In this document: positions 35,448-44,805 of the stretch, in pieces | How positions within the stretch are numbered: the first letter of the stretch is position 1 | Layout of the letters: every line of letters begins with the position of its first letter | Origin: Calditrichota bacterium | Lineage (GTDB): Bacteria; Electryoneota; AABM5-125-24; Hatepunaeales; Hatepunaeaceae | NCBI GenBank assembly: GCA_016867835.1 | Contig: VGIQ01000001.1 | Coordinates: 10,094 to 74,093 of the forward strand | Direction: 5' to 3' | DNA length: 64,000 nt | The notes under the pieces: model-generated | Seen by the model: the letters and a program-made list of their open reading frames with translations, nothing else | Told to the model about the DNA's origin: nothing | Databases searched by the model: none | Made by a program: the position numbers and the translations under genes

Positions 35448-36235
35448 GCGAGTATTTGGTAGAAGTAGCGAGACGAATTGAGGCTGGGGAGCGGTTTGCG
35501 TTGGTAACCATCGTCAAAGCGACCGGCTCAACGCCGCGCAAGGAAGGCAGCCGGATGCTCGTCGATCCCGCCGGGGACGTCGTCGGGTCGGTCGGTGGAG
35601 CTGCGGTTGAACGGCTCGCCATCCTGAAGGCTCTCGAAGCCATGGCATCGGGGCAGATATCCCGGCTCGAACTAAGCCTGAATGACCTCGAAGCGGTTGA
35701 GACCGGCATGATCTGCGGTGGGCGGGTCGAATTGCTGATCGAGCCGTTCGGCACCGGTCCGGCTCTGCACCTCTTCGGAGCCGGACACGTCGCTCAGCCG
35801 ACGGCGCGGCTCGCCGTTGACCTCGGCTTATCGGTAACGATCTATGACGAGCGTCCCGAGTGGGCTTCCGCCGGGAGATTTCCCCGCTGCCGAATCGTAA
35901 CCGGCCGGTATGAAGACCTGGCCGATGCGCTAATGTCAGCACCCGATGACTTGATCGCCATAATGACCCATTGCCACGCCGACGACTACCGGGTCCTGAC
36001 GCGAGTGGCGCGAAAGCCCTGCCGATACCTCGGAGTCATAGGCAGCCCCCGGAAATCTCTGGAAATTAAGAAACGGCTTTCCGATGACGGCTTCTCAAAG
36101 GATGAAATTGCCCGCATCGAATGCCCCATTGGGCTCGACATAGGATCGCACACACCGGTCGAGATTGCCATTGCCGTCGCCGGGCGGCTGGTGCAAGTGA
36201 GGGCTTCAGGCTCTCAGCCGGTGGCTCTGGAATGA
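35444..36235 (+). CDS. XdhC/CoxI-family molybdenum hydroxylase accessory protein
   Basis: RFALVTIVKATGSTPRKEGSRMLV N-terminal domain. Rossmann-like LHLFGAGHVAQ. Confidence 0.75.
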   Translation: MSEYLVEVARRIEAGERFALVTIVKATGSTPRKEGSRMLVDPAGDVVGSVGGAAVERLAILKALEAMASGQISRLELSLNDLEAVETGMICGGRVELLIEPFGTGPALHLFGAGHVAQPTARLAVDLGLSVTIYDERPEWASAGRFPRCRIVTGRYEDLADALMSAPDDLIAIMTHCHADDYRVLTRVARKPCRYLGVIGSPRKSLEIKKRLSDDGFSKDEIARIECPIGLDIGSHTPVEIAIAVAGRLVQVRASGSQPVALE

Positions 36236-36441
36236 TTGAAATCTGCATATCAGTGTTAACGGCCTATTCGTTGTATACTTCTGTAATCAAAGGGTCGATA
36301 CCGTTCATTGGGATCAACCCTATGAATAAAAACTGTCACCCATCTCCCCGCACGTTTGTTACCCATCAGTCCGGTCTATACACCCCCCTCGAAGCAAGGG
36401 GGAGAATACAATAATAATCTGCACCCGGAAGTATATGACTA

Positions 36442-37386
36442 ATGCTGCCCAAGTTTGACATCCATAGACCGGCGACGCTCCCGGAGGCGCTCCGGTATCT
36501 CGCCGACCATCAGGATCGTCGCGTCAAGGTGCTTGCCGGAGGCACTGACCTGCTCGTCGATATGCGCCTGCCGGTCATTCCGAACGGCACCCGGCCGCCG
36601 CTTGGCCGTCCGCCGGAGGGCATCTGGGAAGCGCGTAGTTCCTCTGCCGGGCGCCCTGAGGTCCTTTGCGCGCTCTGGAGGTTGAATGAACTGCGCGGCA
36701 TTCGCATAGGGACGGGAGTTATTCGTATCGGAGCGCTTACGACGATCGCCGAACTCGAGCGTTCGCCAGTCGTCCGGGAGCATCTCCCGGCGCTTGGCGA
36801 TGGCGCACGGCAACTCGGCTCGGCACCGGTGCGCAACCGGGGAACTTACGGCGGCAACCTTTGCAACGGTCGGCCAGCCGCCGATACTGCCATCCCAACT
36901 ATCGCGCATCGGGGCCAGGTTCAGGCTGTCTCGCTACGAGGTGAAAGGAATATCCCGGCGGAAGATTTCATCATCGCGCCAGGAAGGACCGCCCTCGAAC
37001 CAGACGAGATCGTCTCCAACGTCATCTTCGATCTGCCGTCCGACTGCCGGATGCAGAGCCGTGGCGCATATCTCAAACTAGCCCAGCGCAAGAGCCTCGA
37101 GATTGCGGTCGTCGGAGTTGCAGGAGCGGTTTGGGTGGACCGAGTCGGGCAGGTGTCAGATGCTGTCATCGCCCTCGGAGCGGTCGGTCCCCGGCCATTG
37201 GTAGCAAGGCAAGCATCGGAAGCGCTTATCGGGTCGGAGATGGATGAGTCGCAGATGCTGAAAGCCGCAGTGTTGGCGTCGGAAGCCGCGACTCCGATTA
37301 CCGATTACCGGGGCGGAAAGGACTACCGGAGCAAAATGGTCGCCGTGCTGACGCGACGGGTTTTGGAGCAGATCTATGGCGCTTGA
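36442..37386 (+). CDS. molybdenum hydroxylase FAD-binding (medium) subunit (CoxM/XdhB/HcrB-like)
   Basis: FDIHRPATLPEALRYLADHQDRRVKVLAGGTDLLVDMRL is the FAD-binding domain. C-terminal CO-dehydrogenase flavoprotein domain. Confidence 0.8.
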   Translation: MLPKFDIHRPATLPEALRYLADHQDRRVKVLAGGTDLLVDMRLPVIPNGTRPPLGRPPEGIWEARSSSAGRPEVLCALWRLNELRGIRIGTGVIRIGALTTIAELERSPVVREHLPALGDGARQLGSAPVRNRGTYGGNLCNGRPAADTAIPTIAHRGQVQAVSLRGERNIPAEDFIIAPGRTALEPDEIVSNVIFDLPSDCRMQSRGAYLKLAQRKSLEIAVVGVAGAVWVDRVGQVSDAVIALGAVGPRPLVARQASEALIGSEMDESQMLKAAVLASEAATPITDYRGGKDYRSKMVAVLTRRVLEQIYGA

Positions 37387-37894
37387 GTCTCTTCCAGAGT
37401 CGCAGGGCGCCCTAAGAGCGCCAGGCAAAGTCCTGATGAGCCTCCGTGTCAACGGCATTGCCTATGACGTCGCCGTCGAACCGCGCCATATGCTGGTCGA
37501 ACTCCTGCGCGACGACCTCGGCTTGACCGGCACCAAGGTCGGCTGCAACATGGGCGATTGCGGTGCCTGCACGGTGTTGCTCGACGGCCTGCCGGTCTTC
37601 TCGTGCCTGGTGCCGGCGCTTGAGGTTGACGGACGCGATGTGACCACCATCGAAGGTCTGGCCGAAAACGGGCACTTGCACCCGCTGCAAGAGGCTTTCG
37701 TCGAGGTCGGCGCCATCCAGTGCGGCTTCTGCACCCCCGGCATGGTGCTCTCGTCGCTGGCGCTCCTGCGGGAGACGCCCGATCCAACGGACGAAGACAT
37801 ACGAAGAGCCTTGTCCGGCAATCTCTGCCGATGCACGGGGTATCAAAAGATATTCGAGGCGATACGGGAAGCGAGTAAGCGAGCGAGCGTTTAG
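37376..37894 (+). CDS. molybdenum hydroxylase [2Fe-2S] small subunit (CoxS/XdhA/HcrC-like)
   Basis: CNMGDCGACTV and CGFCTPGMV are Cys motifs. Confidence 0.8.
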   Translation: MALESLPESQGALRAPGKVLMSLRVNGIAYDVAVEPRHMLVELLRDDLGLTGTKVGCNMGDCGACTVLLDGLPVFSCLVPALEVDGRDVTTIEGLAENGHLHPLQEAFVEVGAIQCGFCTPGMVLSSLALLRETPDPTDEDIRRALSGNLCRCTGYQKIFEAIREASKRASV

Positions 37895-37898
37895 CCCG

Positions 37899-40289
37899 AT
37901 GAGCAAGTATCAGATTCTCAACAGCCGCGCGCCGCGGATCGATGCCCTTGACAAGGTAACCGGACGGGCGCTCTACACGGACGACATCGCCCGCCCGGGT
38001 GCGCTCCACTGCGCCATCCTGCATAGCCCCATTGCGCATGGCCGCATCCTTCGGATCGACACCTCGCGAGCCGAGCGGCTGCCCGGCGTCAAGGCGGTCA
38101 TCACCGGCAAGGATATCGGCAGCATAGTCTATGGCGTTTCTCCAGCCCGTTACGACGAGTCGATACTGGCTCGCGAACAGGTGCGCTATGTGGGTGACGA
38201 GGTGGCCGCCGTTGCCGCGATAGACCTCGACCGGGCTCGCGAAGCCGTCTCATTGATTGAAGTCGATTATGAGGAACTACCCCCGGTTCTGGATGGCCAG
38301 ATCGCAATGGACGACGGTCAGCCGCAATTGCACGACAAGTACCCGCGCAACATCTGCGCCGAGGTGCACTGGAACTTCGGAGATTGCGATGCCGCCGAAC
38401 GTGAGGCAGATTTCATTCGCACCGATCGGATCATTTCGAAAATGCAGGATGCCGCATTCCTCGAGCCGCAAGCGGTTCTGGCTGAAGTCGATGCCTCGGG
38501 GCGGCTCACGATGTGGTCATCGACGCAGGCTCCTCACTATGTCCAGCGGACGCTCGCAATGGCTTTGGGACTGCGTCCGGAGAAAGTCCGGGTGATCAAA
38601 CCGGCGGTTGGCGGCGGTTTCGGGCCAAAAGCCTCCTGCTCTACAGCCGAACTGGTCGTCTGTGCACTCGCGCTAAGAACCGGCAAGCCGGTGCGGATGA
38701 CCTTCGACCGCGAGCAGGTTTTTCTCCACTCCCGCGCCCGGCATCAGTTCTTCCACACGATGACGACCGGCGTCAAGCGCGACGGGACGCTCCTCTTCCT
38801 GCGCCATAAGTGCATTCTCGACGGTGGAGCCTTCGCCAGTTTCGGCATCGCGACGGTCTATTATGCCGGGTCGTTGTTAGGCGGCCCCTACCGGCTGAAG
38901 AATATGACCTACGACGGTTATCGGGTGGTAACGAACAAGCCCGCCTGCGGCGCTCAGCGCGGCCATGGCGCGGTCATCGCGCGGGCGCTCTTTGAGACGC
39001 AACTTGACCGGATCGCGGGAGAACTGCATATCGATCCCCTCGAACTGCGACTTCGCAATGTCATGGGGCGAGGCGAAACGACCTGCAACGAACTCTACAT
39101 GTCGAGCCTGGGGATGCGGGAGTGTCTTGAGGCAGTAAGGGATGTTGCCGGATGGGACTCGCAGCAAAACTTGGAGGGTGGGATTCTTCCCGCCCGCGAT
39201 GACAGCCGAGTTCGTCGCGGGCGCGGCGTCGCGTGCGGCTTCTTCGTATCGGGAGCCGGCTACCCGATTTACCGGTCGGAGACCTTCCACGCGACGGTCG
39301 TTACCCGCGTCAGCGAGACTGGCGGTCAGGTAATCGTCGAGTCTGGCGCCGCCGACATCGGGCAGGGTTCGGATACGATGCTGGCGATGATCACCGCCGA
39401 AGTGCTCGCCGTGCCCCTCGCCGATGTCAAAGTGGTCAGCGGCGACAGCGACCTCTCGGTCGATTTGGGGGCATACTCAAGCCGGACGACGCTGATGGCC
39501 GGAGCCGCCGCCCGGGAAGCCGCCGAAGCATGCCGGGACCAGATACTAACCGAAGTTGCCCGCCGCTGCGGCGTCGAGGCGGCTCATCTGCGCATCGAGC
39601 AAGGCTATGTCAAGTCGTCGAACGGGTCGCTCGACTTTGCAGCCATCCGCAAGGAGTTCGCCGCCGAGCATTTCAACTTCGGGGACATCCCCGATACGCC
39701 CGACCTCACCTTCCGCGAAGCTGCACGGATCGCCTACCTTGGGCGGGGGACGATCGTCGGAACGGGCAAATACAAACCGCCGAAATTGGGAGGTTCGTTC
39801 AAAGGCGCTACGGTCGGGACTTCACCAGCCTTCGGTTGCTCGGCGCAGATCGCCGAGGTCGCGGTCGATATGGAGACCGGCGAAGTGACTGTTGAGCGGG
39901 TGGTTGGAGCTCACGACTGCGGCTTTGCGATCAACCGTACGCAAGTCGAAGGGCAGATGCAGGGGTCGGTTTCGATGGGGATGGGCGAGGCTCTTTTCGA
40001 GCAGATACACTACGACCGACGGGGCAACATCCTGAATGCCAACCTCGCCGAATACAAGATTCCGACGGCGATGGACATTCCCAGGATCGAAGCCGTCGTC
40101 ATCGAGACCGACGAACCGAACGGCCCGTTCGGCGCCAAGGAGGTCGGCGAAGGCGCCATTATGCCGACGATCCCGGCTATTCTCAATGCTATCTACGACG
40201 CCGCCGGCGTCCGGATCGAAGAACTGCCCGCGACGCCGGAACGGATAGTCACCGGGTTGAAGGCAGAGGACTTAGGCGGTTGTAAGTAG
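37899..40289 (+). CDS. molybdopterin-binding large subunit of a xanthine-dehydrogenase-family hydroxylase (candidate 4-hydroxybenzoyl-CoA reductase-like alpha subunit)
   Basis: 796 aa. Ald_Xan_dh-type regions (VAAVAAIDLDRAREA, GGGFGPK, GQGSDTM, AVDMETGEV). Confidence 0.75.
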   Translation: MSKYQILNSRAPRIDALDKVTGRALYTDDIARPGALHCAILHSPIAHGRILRIDTSRAERLPGVKAVITGKDIGSIVYGVSPARYDESILAREQVRYVGDEVAAVAAIDLDRAREAVSLIEVDYEELPPVLDGQIAMDDGQPQLHDKYPRNICAEVHWNFGDCDAAEREADFIRTDRIISKMQDAAFLEPQAVLAEVDASGRLTMWSSTQAPHYVQRTLAMALGLRPEKVRVIKPAVGGGFGPKASCSTAELVVCALALRTGKPVRMTFDREQVFLHSRARHQFFHTMTTGVKRDGTLLFLRHKCILDGGAFASFGIATVYYAGSLLGGPYRLKNMTYDGYRVVTNKPACGAQRGHGAVIARALFETQLDRIAGELHIDPLELRLRNVMGRGETTCNELYMSSLGMRECLEAVRDVAGWDSQQNLEGGILPARDDSRVRRGRGVACGFFVSGAGYPIYRSETFHATVVTRVSETGGQVIVESGAADIGQGSDTMLAMITAEVLAVPLADVKVVSGDSDLSVDLGAYSSRTTLMAGAAAREAAEACRDQILTEVARRCGVEAAHLRIEQGYVKSSNGSLDFAAIRKEFAAEHFNFGDIPDTPDLTFREAARIAYLGRGTIVGTGKYKPPKLGGSFKGATVGTSPAFGCSAQIAEVAVDMETGEVTVERVVGAHDCGFAINRTQVEGQMQGSVSMGMGEALFEQIHYDRRGNILNANLAEYKIPTAMDIPRIEAVVIETDEPNGPFGAKEVGEGAIMPTIPAILNAIYDAAGVRIEELPATPERIVTGLKAEDLGGCK

Positions 40290-40382
40290 AGTTCCTTAAG
40301 ATAATGGTGGATCTATTCGCTCCATTATCTTCCCCCCACCGCTCGCCTCTTATACTACTGGCAGATTGTAGTTGCCATTCCT

Positions 40383-40455
40383 GGAGGGCGGACATTCCTA
40401 TCCGCCCTGATTCAGTATTCCTTTCCAGAAGGGCGGACAGGAATGTCCGCCCTCC
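40383..40455. repeat. composite REP-like element (GGAGGGCGGACATTCCTATCCGCCCT + GGGCGGACAGGAATGTCCGCCCTCC)
   Basis: Same family, with outer palindrome GTTGCC...GGCAAC. Confidence 0.7.
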
Positions 40456-40486
40456 AAGGCAACTGTTTGTTAAACAGAATAATAGT

Positions 40487-40822
40487 TCACTCCTCCCCGG
40501 TCTGAAACCCGATGTTGCGCGATTCGTGCTTGTCGGACCCCATCTTGATCTCACCGTAACGTTCTTCATATCGGCGGATGTTCTCGTCGAGGGCCTTGAG
40601 CAGCGATTTGGTGTGAATCGGCGTCAGCACGATCCGCGCCTGCACGACCGCTTTCGGCATTCCGGGCAGCATTCGGGTGAAGTCGATGACGAACTCGGCT
40701 GATGAATGACTGATGAGCGCCAGGTTGGCATAGATGCCCTGACCGGTCTTCTCGTCGATCTGGACTTGAATCTGCTGGGAAGGTTGACTTTGGTTCATGG
40801 GATGGACTTTAGTTATAGACAA
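40487..40822 (-). CDS. small conserved hypothetical protein (DUF3467-like)
   Basis: GIYANLALISHSSAEFVIDF resembles the DUF3467 core. 111 aa. The start may be the internal Met. Confidence 0.45.
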   Translation of the reverse strand: MSITKVHPMNQSQPSQQIQVQIDEKTGQGIYANLALISHSSAEFVIDFTRMLPGMPKAVVQARIVLTPIHTKSLLKALDENIRRYEERYGEIKMGSDKHESRNIGFQTGEE

Positions 40823-40980
40823 AGAATTAATGCCAATGCCGAATAGGAATGCACAATGGAGATTCGGCTAAAATAACGTGACTTGAACACGCCGGACGAG
40901 GGCGTCCGGTATGCACAAGTTGAGGTTTTCAACAGATCATCAGAGCAATATCATCATCATCATTAGCATCATCATCGGCA

Positions 40981-41883
40981 TCACTTAACGATATTCTCTT
41001 TACGGTTCAAGTCGTCGAGAAAGAGCAGGTTGAGGCAGGGCGTTCCGGCTTCGAGAAAGTAGTCCATCACGCCGGGGGGATCACCCTTGACCGGTAGCGG
41101 CTCGTAGAACCAGCCGCCATGGGTGAAGCGGAGTTTGGCTCCGGCGCCGAGCGAGGCTTGGCTTCCGCCGACGTTGATATAGCAGAAATAGTCCTTGGGA
41201 TCGCCGTAGAGAGCCATTCGCTTGCGGATGGCATCGCGCAAGTGCGCCGGACGGATCAGGTCGAGGCCGCTCCGTTCGACGCAGCCGAGCGCCTGGCGTT
41301 GCGCATACTCATCCCACTCCGCGCCGCGGTCGCCGGTTCCGCCAAAGGTCACGGCCGTGGAGCCAATCTTCAAAACCCCCTCCTCGAACAGATAACGTTC
41401 CAGTTCCGGCCAGGTGAAGCCCGGCTCATTAGCGCCGAAACTGGAGGCCCCCACCGAGCAGATCCCCACCATCTTTACCTTAAGTTCCTGCAGTGCTGCC
41501 AATAGAGCCAGATTGAGCGCTGGGAATGAGCCGGTGAGCGAGACGGCGACTTTGCTCCCGGGCCCGATGTTGCGCGCCTTTAGTTCCTTCACCAGCCACG
41601 CAGCCCAGCCCGGTTTGGTCGCCAGTTCCTTCGCTTCTTCGTAGCCGACGGTGGTGGTAATGGACGTCCAGGGCAGCCCTATCAGACCGGTCTTGAACGT
41701 GTCGCGCATCGTGTCGGCGGTCTCCATCAACAGCCGGTAGTGCCAGACGCGCTCGTATCCACGCTTGACAGTAGCCTCAGCGCGCCCGGCTACTATTTCG
41801 ACCGCAGCAGCGCTGTCCGACTTCGATGCCAATGTCAATGAAAATGCCAATGCCAATGTCAAAATCACAGGATGGCGATCCAA
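40981..41883 (-). CDS. hypothetical secreted protein
   Basis: Signal-peptide-like N-terminus (ILTLALAFSLTLAS, encoded by a GCCAATG tandem repeat). 300 aa. No motif recognised. Confidence 0.45.
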   Translation of the reverse strand: MDRHPVILTLALAFSLTLASKSDSAAAVEIVAGRAEATVKRGYERVWHYRLLMETADTMRDTFKTGLIGLPWTSITTTVGYEEAKELATKPGWAAWLVKELKARNIGPGSKVAVSLTGSFPALNLALLAALQELKVKMVGICSVGASSFGANEPGFTWPELERYLFEEGVLKIGSTAVTFGGTGDRGAEWDEYAQRQALGCVERSGLDLIRPAHLRDAIRKRMALYGDPKDYFCYINVGGSQASLGAGAKLRFTHGGWFYEPLPVKGDPPGVMDYFLEAGTPCLNLLFLDDLNRKENIVK

Positions 41884-41960
41884 CTGGTTAGCTCAAAGGC
41901 TTGGAAACGATCTGTCTAACTTCACCATCAGCATCAGCATTAGCATCGGCATTCCTCACC

Positions 41961-43373
41961 TCAGTAGCCAAAACTGATCGTGAACGTCAGAGCCACCGCG
42001 CTTCCCGCTGGAACCGGCACCGGAAAGAGGACCCGGTCGGAGGCCTCCCGAATTGGCTCGACGGAATGGCCGCCCGCCTCGGCAGACTCCACAGTCGCAT
42101 AGCCATAAATACGCTGTTCGACATGCACTACGGCTTCGCGGGCTCCGCCGTTGCGCAGGTCGACGCGCCAGGTCTCAGAGTGGCGGTCGCGCGTAGGGCG
42201 GGATTGCGTAAGTCGCGTCCGCCGGGCGGTAAGATCGAAAGCGCCTCCGAGGTCGAGTTCGATCGTTCCCCCGGCCGGTGTGCCAGGGAGAAAATCCTGC
42301 CCGGCGAAGATGAGCGCTCCCGAATTGTCCCGGCGATAGAATCCGACATCACCCTCGGGCAAGGGGCGCGCAGACTTGCCTGTGCCGGCGCCGCTCTGAA
42401 ACGAGACCTTCACCCGCACTTCCCGGCTGTCGAGCAGATGCGGGAAGAGGTAGCGACGCTCATACTTGAATACAACAGGTTCGAATGCTGGCACCTGAAG
42501 CGTCTGCCCGGCCGATAGGCTGACCGGGCGGGGCAGAGTGTAGCGGTAGTATTCGTCGAATCGCTCCCCCGAAACTTGAGCTGCTGCCTCCGGTCGGCCA
42601 AATTTCTCCCGCCCTTCCGACGCTTCGTCGCCGCTTCCGCCTTCCGGGTCGTCGGACCGGTGCACTTTCCCGGCGACCAGCGTCACCGTCGCATCCTCCA
42701 AATCAAGTTCGAGGTCGTTGGCGATGGTGAAATTCGCACTCAGCGACAGCGTCTCGTCGCTTAGGTCTGCCCGGTAGTCGCACATCCAGGTGATGCCGGT
42801 GGTCAGGTAACTGATCTCGACAAGACGACCTTTGACGCCTTGAGCCGCATTGACTTCCCAGCGCAGCGTAGGTCGGGTGTAGAGGCCGTCGGGCAAGCGC
42901 GGGTAGAACATCTCCTTCAATTTACCTCGCTCAACGACCTGAACAATGACATCGCCGGTGTCGGGCTGCAGAAAAAGGTGCGTCGCGTCGAAGCGAAGCA
43001 ACCGGCCGGCATAGGTAGCATCGTCGGCGCTGAACGAGAACCACTGCCCGCGGTAGCGATCCATCAGTTTCTCCTGGCTAACCAGGTCGTAGTGGTAAGC
43101 GAGCGAGAGCGTGCGAATGTTTTCGCCGCCCCGTCCCGACGGCACCACGTTGGCGGTATGGCCGAAGATGCCGGGAGCGATGCCGGTGAAGTCGATCGTC
43201 TGACTGCCCCGCACCAGATCGACCTGCCTGGTGTCGCGAACCTGTGCCAAATCGCGATTATAGATGTCGATCGCAACGGTCGATTCGGGTGCACCTTTTA
43301 GGGAAGCCGGATCGACTGCAGCAATAAGAATGGCAAGGATTGCGGTCAGACGCATCGTGTCATCCTTTATCAT
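41961..43373 (-). CDS. hypothetical secreted protein (possibly DUF4139-like)
   Basis: N-terminal signal peptide (LTAILAILIAAV). 470 aa. Family guess is low confidence. Confidence 0.4.
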   Translation of the reverse strand: MIKDDTMRLTAILAILIAAVDPASLKGAPESTVAIDIYNRDLAQVRDTRQVDLVRGSQTIDFTGIAPGIFGHTANVVPSGRGGENIRTLSLAYHYDLVSQEKLMDRYRGQWFSFSADDATYAGRLLRFDATHLFLQPDTGDVIVQVVERGKLKEMFYPRLPDGLYTRPTLRWEVNAAQGVKGRLVEISYLTTGITWMCDYRADLSDETLSLSANFTIANDLELDLEDATVTLVAGKVHRSDDPEGGSGDEASEGREKFGRPEAAAQVSGERFDEYYRYTLPRPVSLSAGQTLQVPAFEPVVFKYERRYLFPHLLDSREVRVKVSFQSGAGTGKSARPLPEGDVGFYRRDNSGALIFAGQDFLPGTPAGGTIELDLGGAFDLTARRTRLTQSRPTRDRHSETWRVDLRNGGAREAVVHVEQRIYGYATVESAEAGGHSVEPIREASDRVLFPVPVPAGSAVALTFTISFGY

Positions 43374-44728
43374 AATGCCTCGTCCGGGCCGGCCGGATCG
43401 TAGTATTGTTCATCCAATTCGTTAGATTCATTTGCAAGGTGGTATTTGCTGCCGCGTCGGTCGCCGATCCGGACGAGGATGCCGGATTCGATAAGGCTTT
43501 GCAGCCGTCGCCGGGCGGTCGCTTCACTGCACTTAAACCGGCGTGCCCAGAGGCTGCTTGTCAGGCCGGCGGGATGTTCAAACAGGAACTGCTCCCATTC
43601 GGTCGGGATGTCGGGATAGCGCCTTGCCGGTTCGTCCGCAGAGGCGTCTCCCGCGATGCCGCCGTCGAAAATGATCGCCTTGGCCGGGATCGAGGTGCCG
43701 GCCGTAAGAATGAGCGCCCGGGCGATGACGTTCTCCAGTTCGCGGACATTGCCGGGCCAGACGTAAATATCGAGTCGGGCGAGGGCTTCGCGGAAGAGTG
43801 TCGCCCGGGGTCTTGCGGGATTGGCGGCGTTGAGCCGTTCAAGGATATGATTTGCGAGCAACGTTATATCACCGTTGCGACGACGCAGCGGCGGCAGATG
43901 TATCGGCAGGACAGCTATCCGGTAATAAAGGTCGCGGCGAAACCGGCCCGCGGCGACGGCTTCATCGAGTGGAGCATTGGCGATCGCTATGAGCCGAAAA
44001 CTGACCGCCTTGATCCCACCACCGACGCGCTGCAGTTCCCCCGTCTGGAGGACTCGCAGGAGCGCGGCTTGAGCCCGGGGCGAAAGTTCTCCAACTTCGT
44101 CCAGAATAACCGTTCCTCCGGCGGCAGACTCGAGCCGCCCCGAATATCCACCTTTGGCCGCACCGGTGAAGGCGCCGGCTTCGAATCCGAAAAGATCCGA
44201 CTCGATCAAGCCCTCCGGTATGGCGCCACAGTTGACGAACGTGCAGGGATTATTCGACCTACTGCTATGCCGGTGAATCAAGCGCGCAACCAATTCCTTA
44301 CCGGTGCCGGTTTCGCCCGCAATCAGAACCGGGAGATCGCTGGCGGCGGCGCGTCCTGTTAGTGCCAATGCCTGCCGCAAGAGCGGTGCACGACCTATCG
44401 CAATGCTGCTCCACTCGTCGATCTCAAAATGGCCGTCCCGCTGAAGAGCGCCGCTGTCGTAAAGCCCCATGCGCAGTGACTCGCGCACTTCACCGTCTGT
44501 CGGCTGATGGTCGGAGTGCACCGCGATAAGAATGTCGTCTGAAGGCGGTGTCAGCCGGGCTTCATTCAGATCGACACAGGTGAGCAGGTTATCGCAGACC
44601 CGGTGAACGGGATGACGAGCCGCCTTCGGACGGCGGGTTGATGGTATCCAGGAGTCGATCAGCGTCGGAAGTTCCCGTGCCAGATCCGGCGAGGTGCGCA
44701 AAAGAAACTCATAAGCATGAAGCCGCAC
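43370..44728 (-). CDS. sigma-54-dependent transcriptional activator (bacterial enhancer-binding protein)
   Basis: AAA+ Walker A GETGTGKELVAR. ESDLFGFEAGAFTGA is GAFTGA-like. Arg finger and C-terminal HTH present. ~130-aa N-terminal domain of unknown type. Confidence 0.8.
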   Translation of the reverse strand: MRLHAYEFLLRTSPDLARELPTLIDSWIPSTRRPKAARHPVHRVCDNLLTCVDLNEARLTPPSDDILIAVHSDHQPTDGEVRESLRMGLYDSGALQRDGHFEIDEWSSIAIGRAPLLRQALALTGRAAASDLPVLIAGETGTGKELVARLIHRHSSRSNNPCTFVNCGAIPEGLIESDLFGFEAGAFTGAAKGGYSGRLESAAGGTVILDEVGELSPRAQAALLRVLQTGELQRVGGGIKAVSFRLIAIANAPLDEAVAAGRFRRDLYYRIAVLPIHLPPLRRRNGDITLLANHILERLNAANPARPRATLFREALARLDIYVWPGNVRELENVIARALILTAGTSIPAKAIIFDGGIAGDASADEPARRYPDIPTEWEQFLFEHPAGLTSSLWARRFKCSEATARRRLQSLIESGILVRIGDRRGSKYHLANESNELDEQYYDPAGPDEAL

Positions 44729-44805
44729 GAGGTTGCGGGCTATCTCTTATTGCCCGGAATGGTCGGGACCGCCCCCCTGCATCACTCCGGCATCAGTTGT
44801 TGCCA

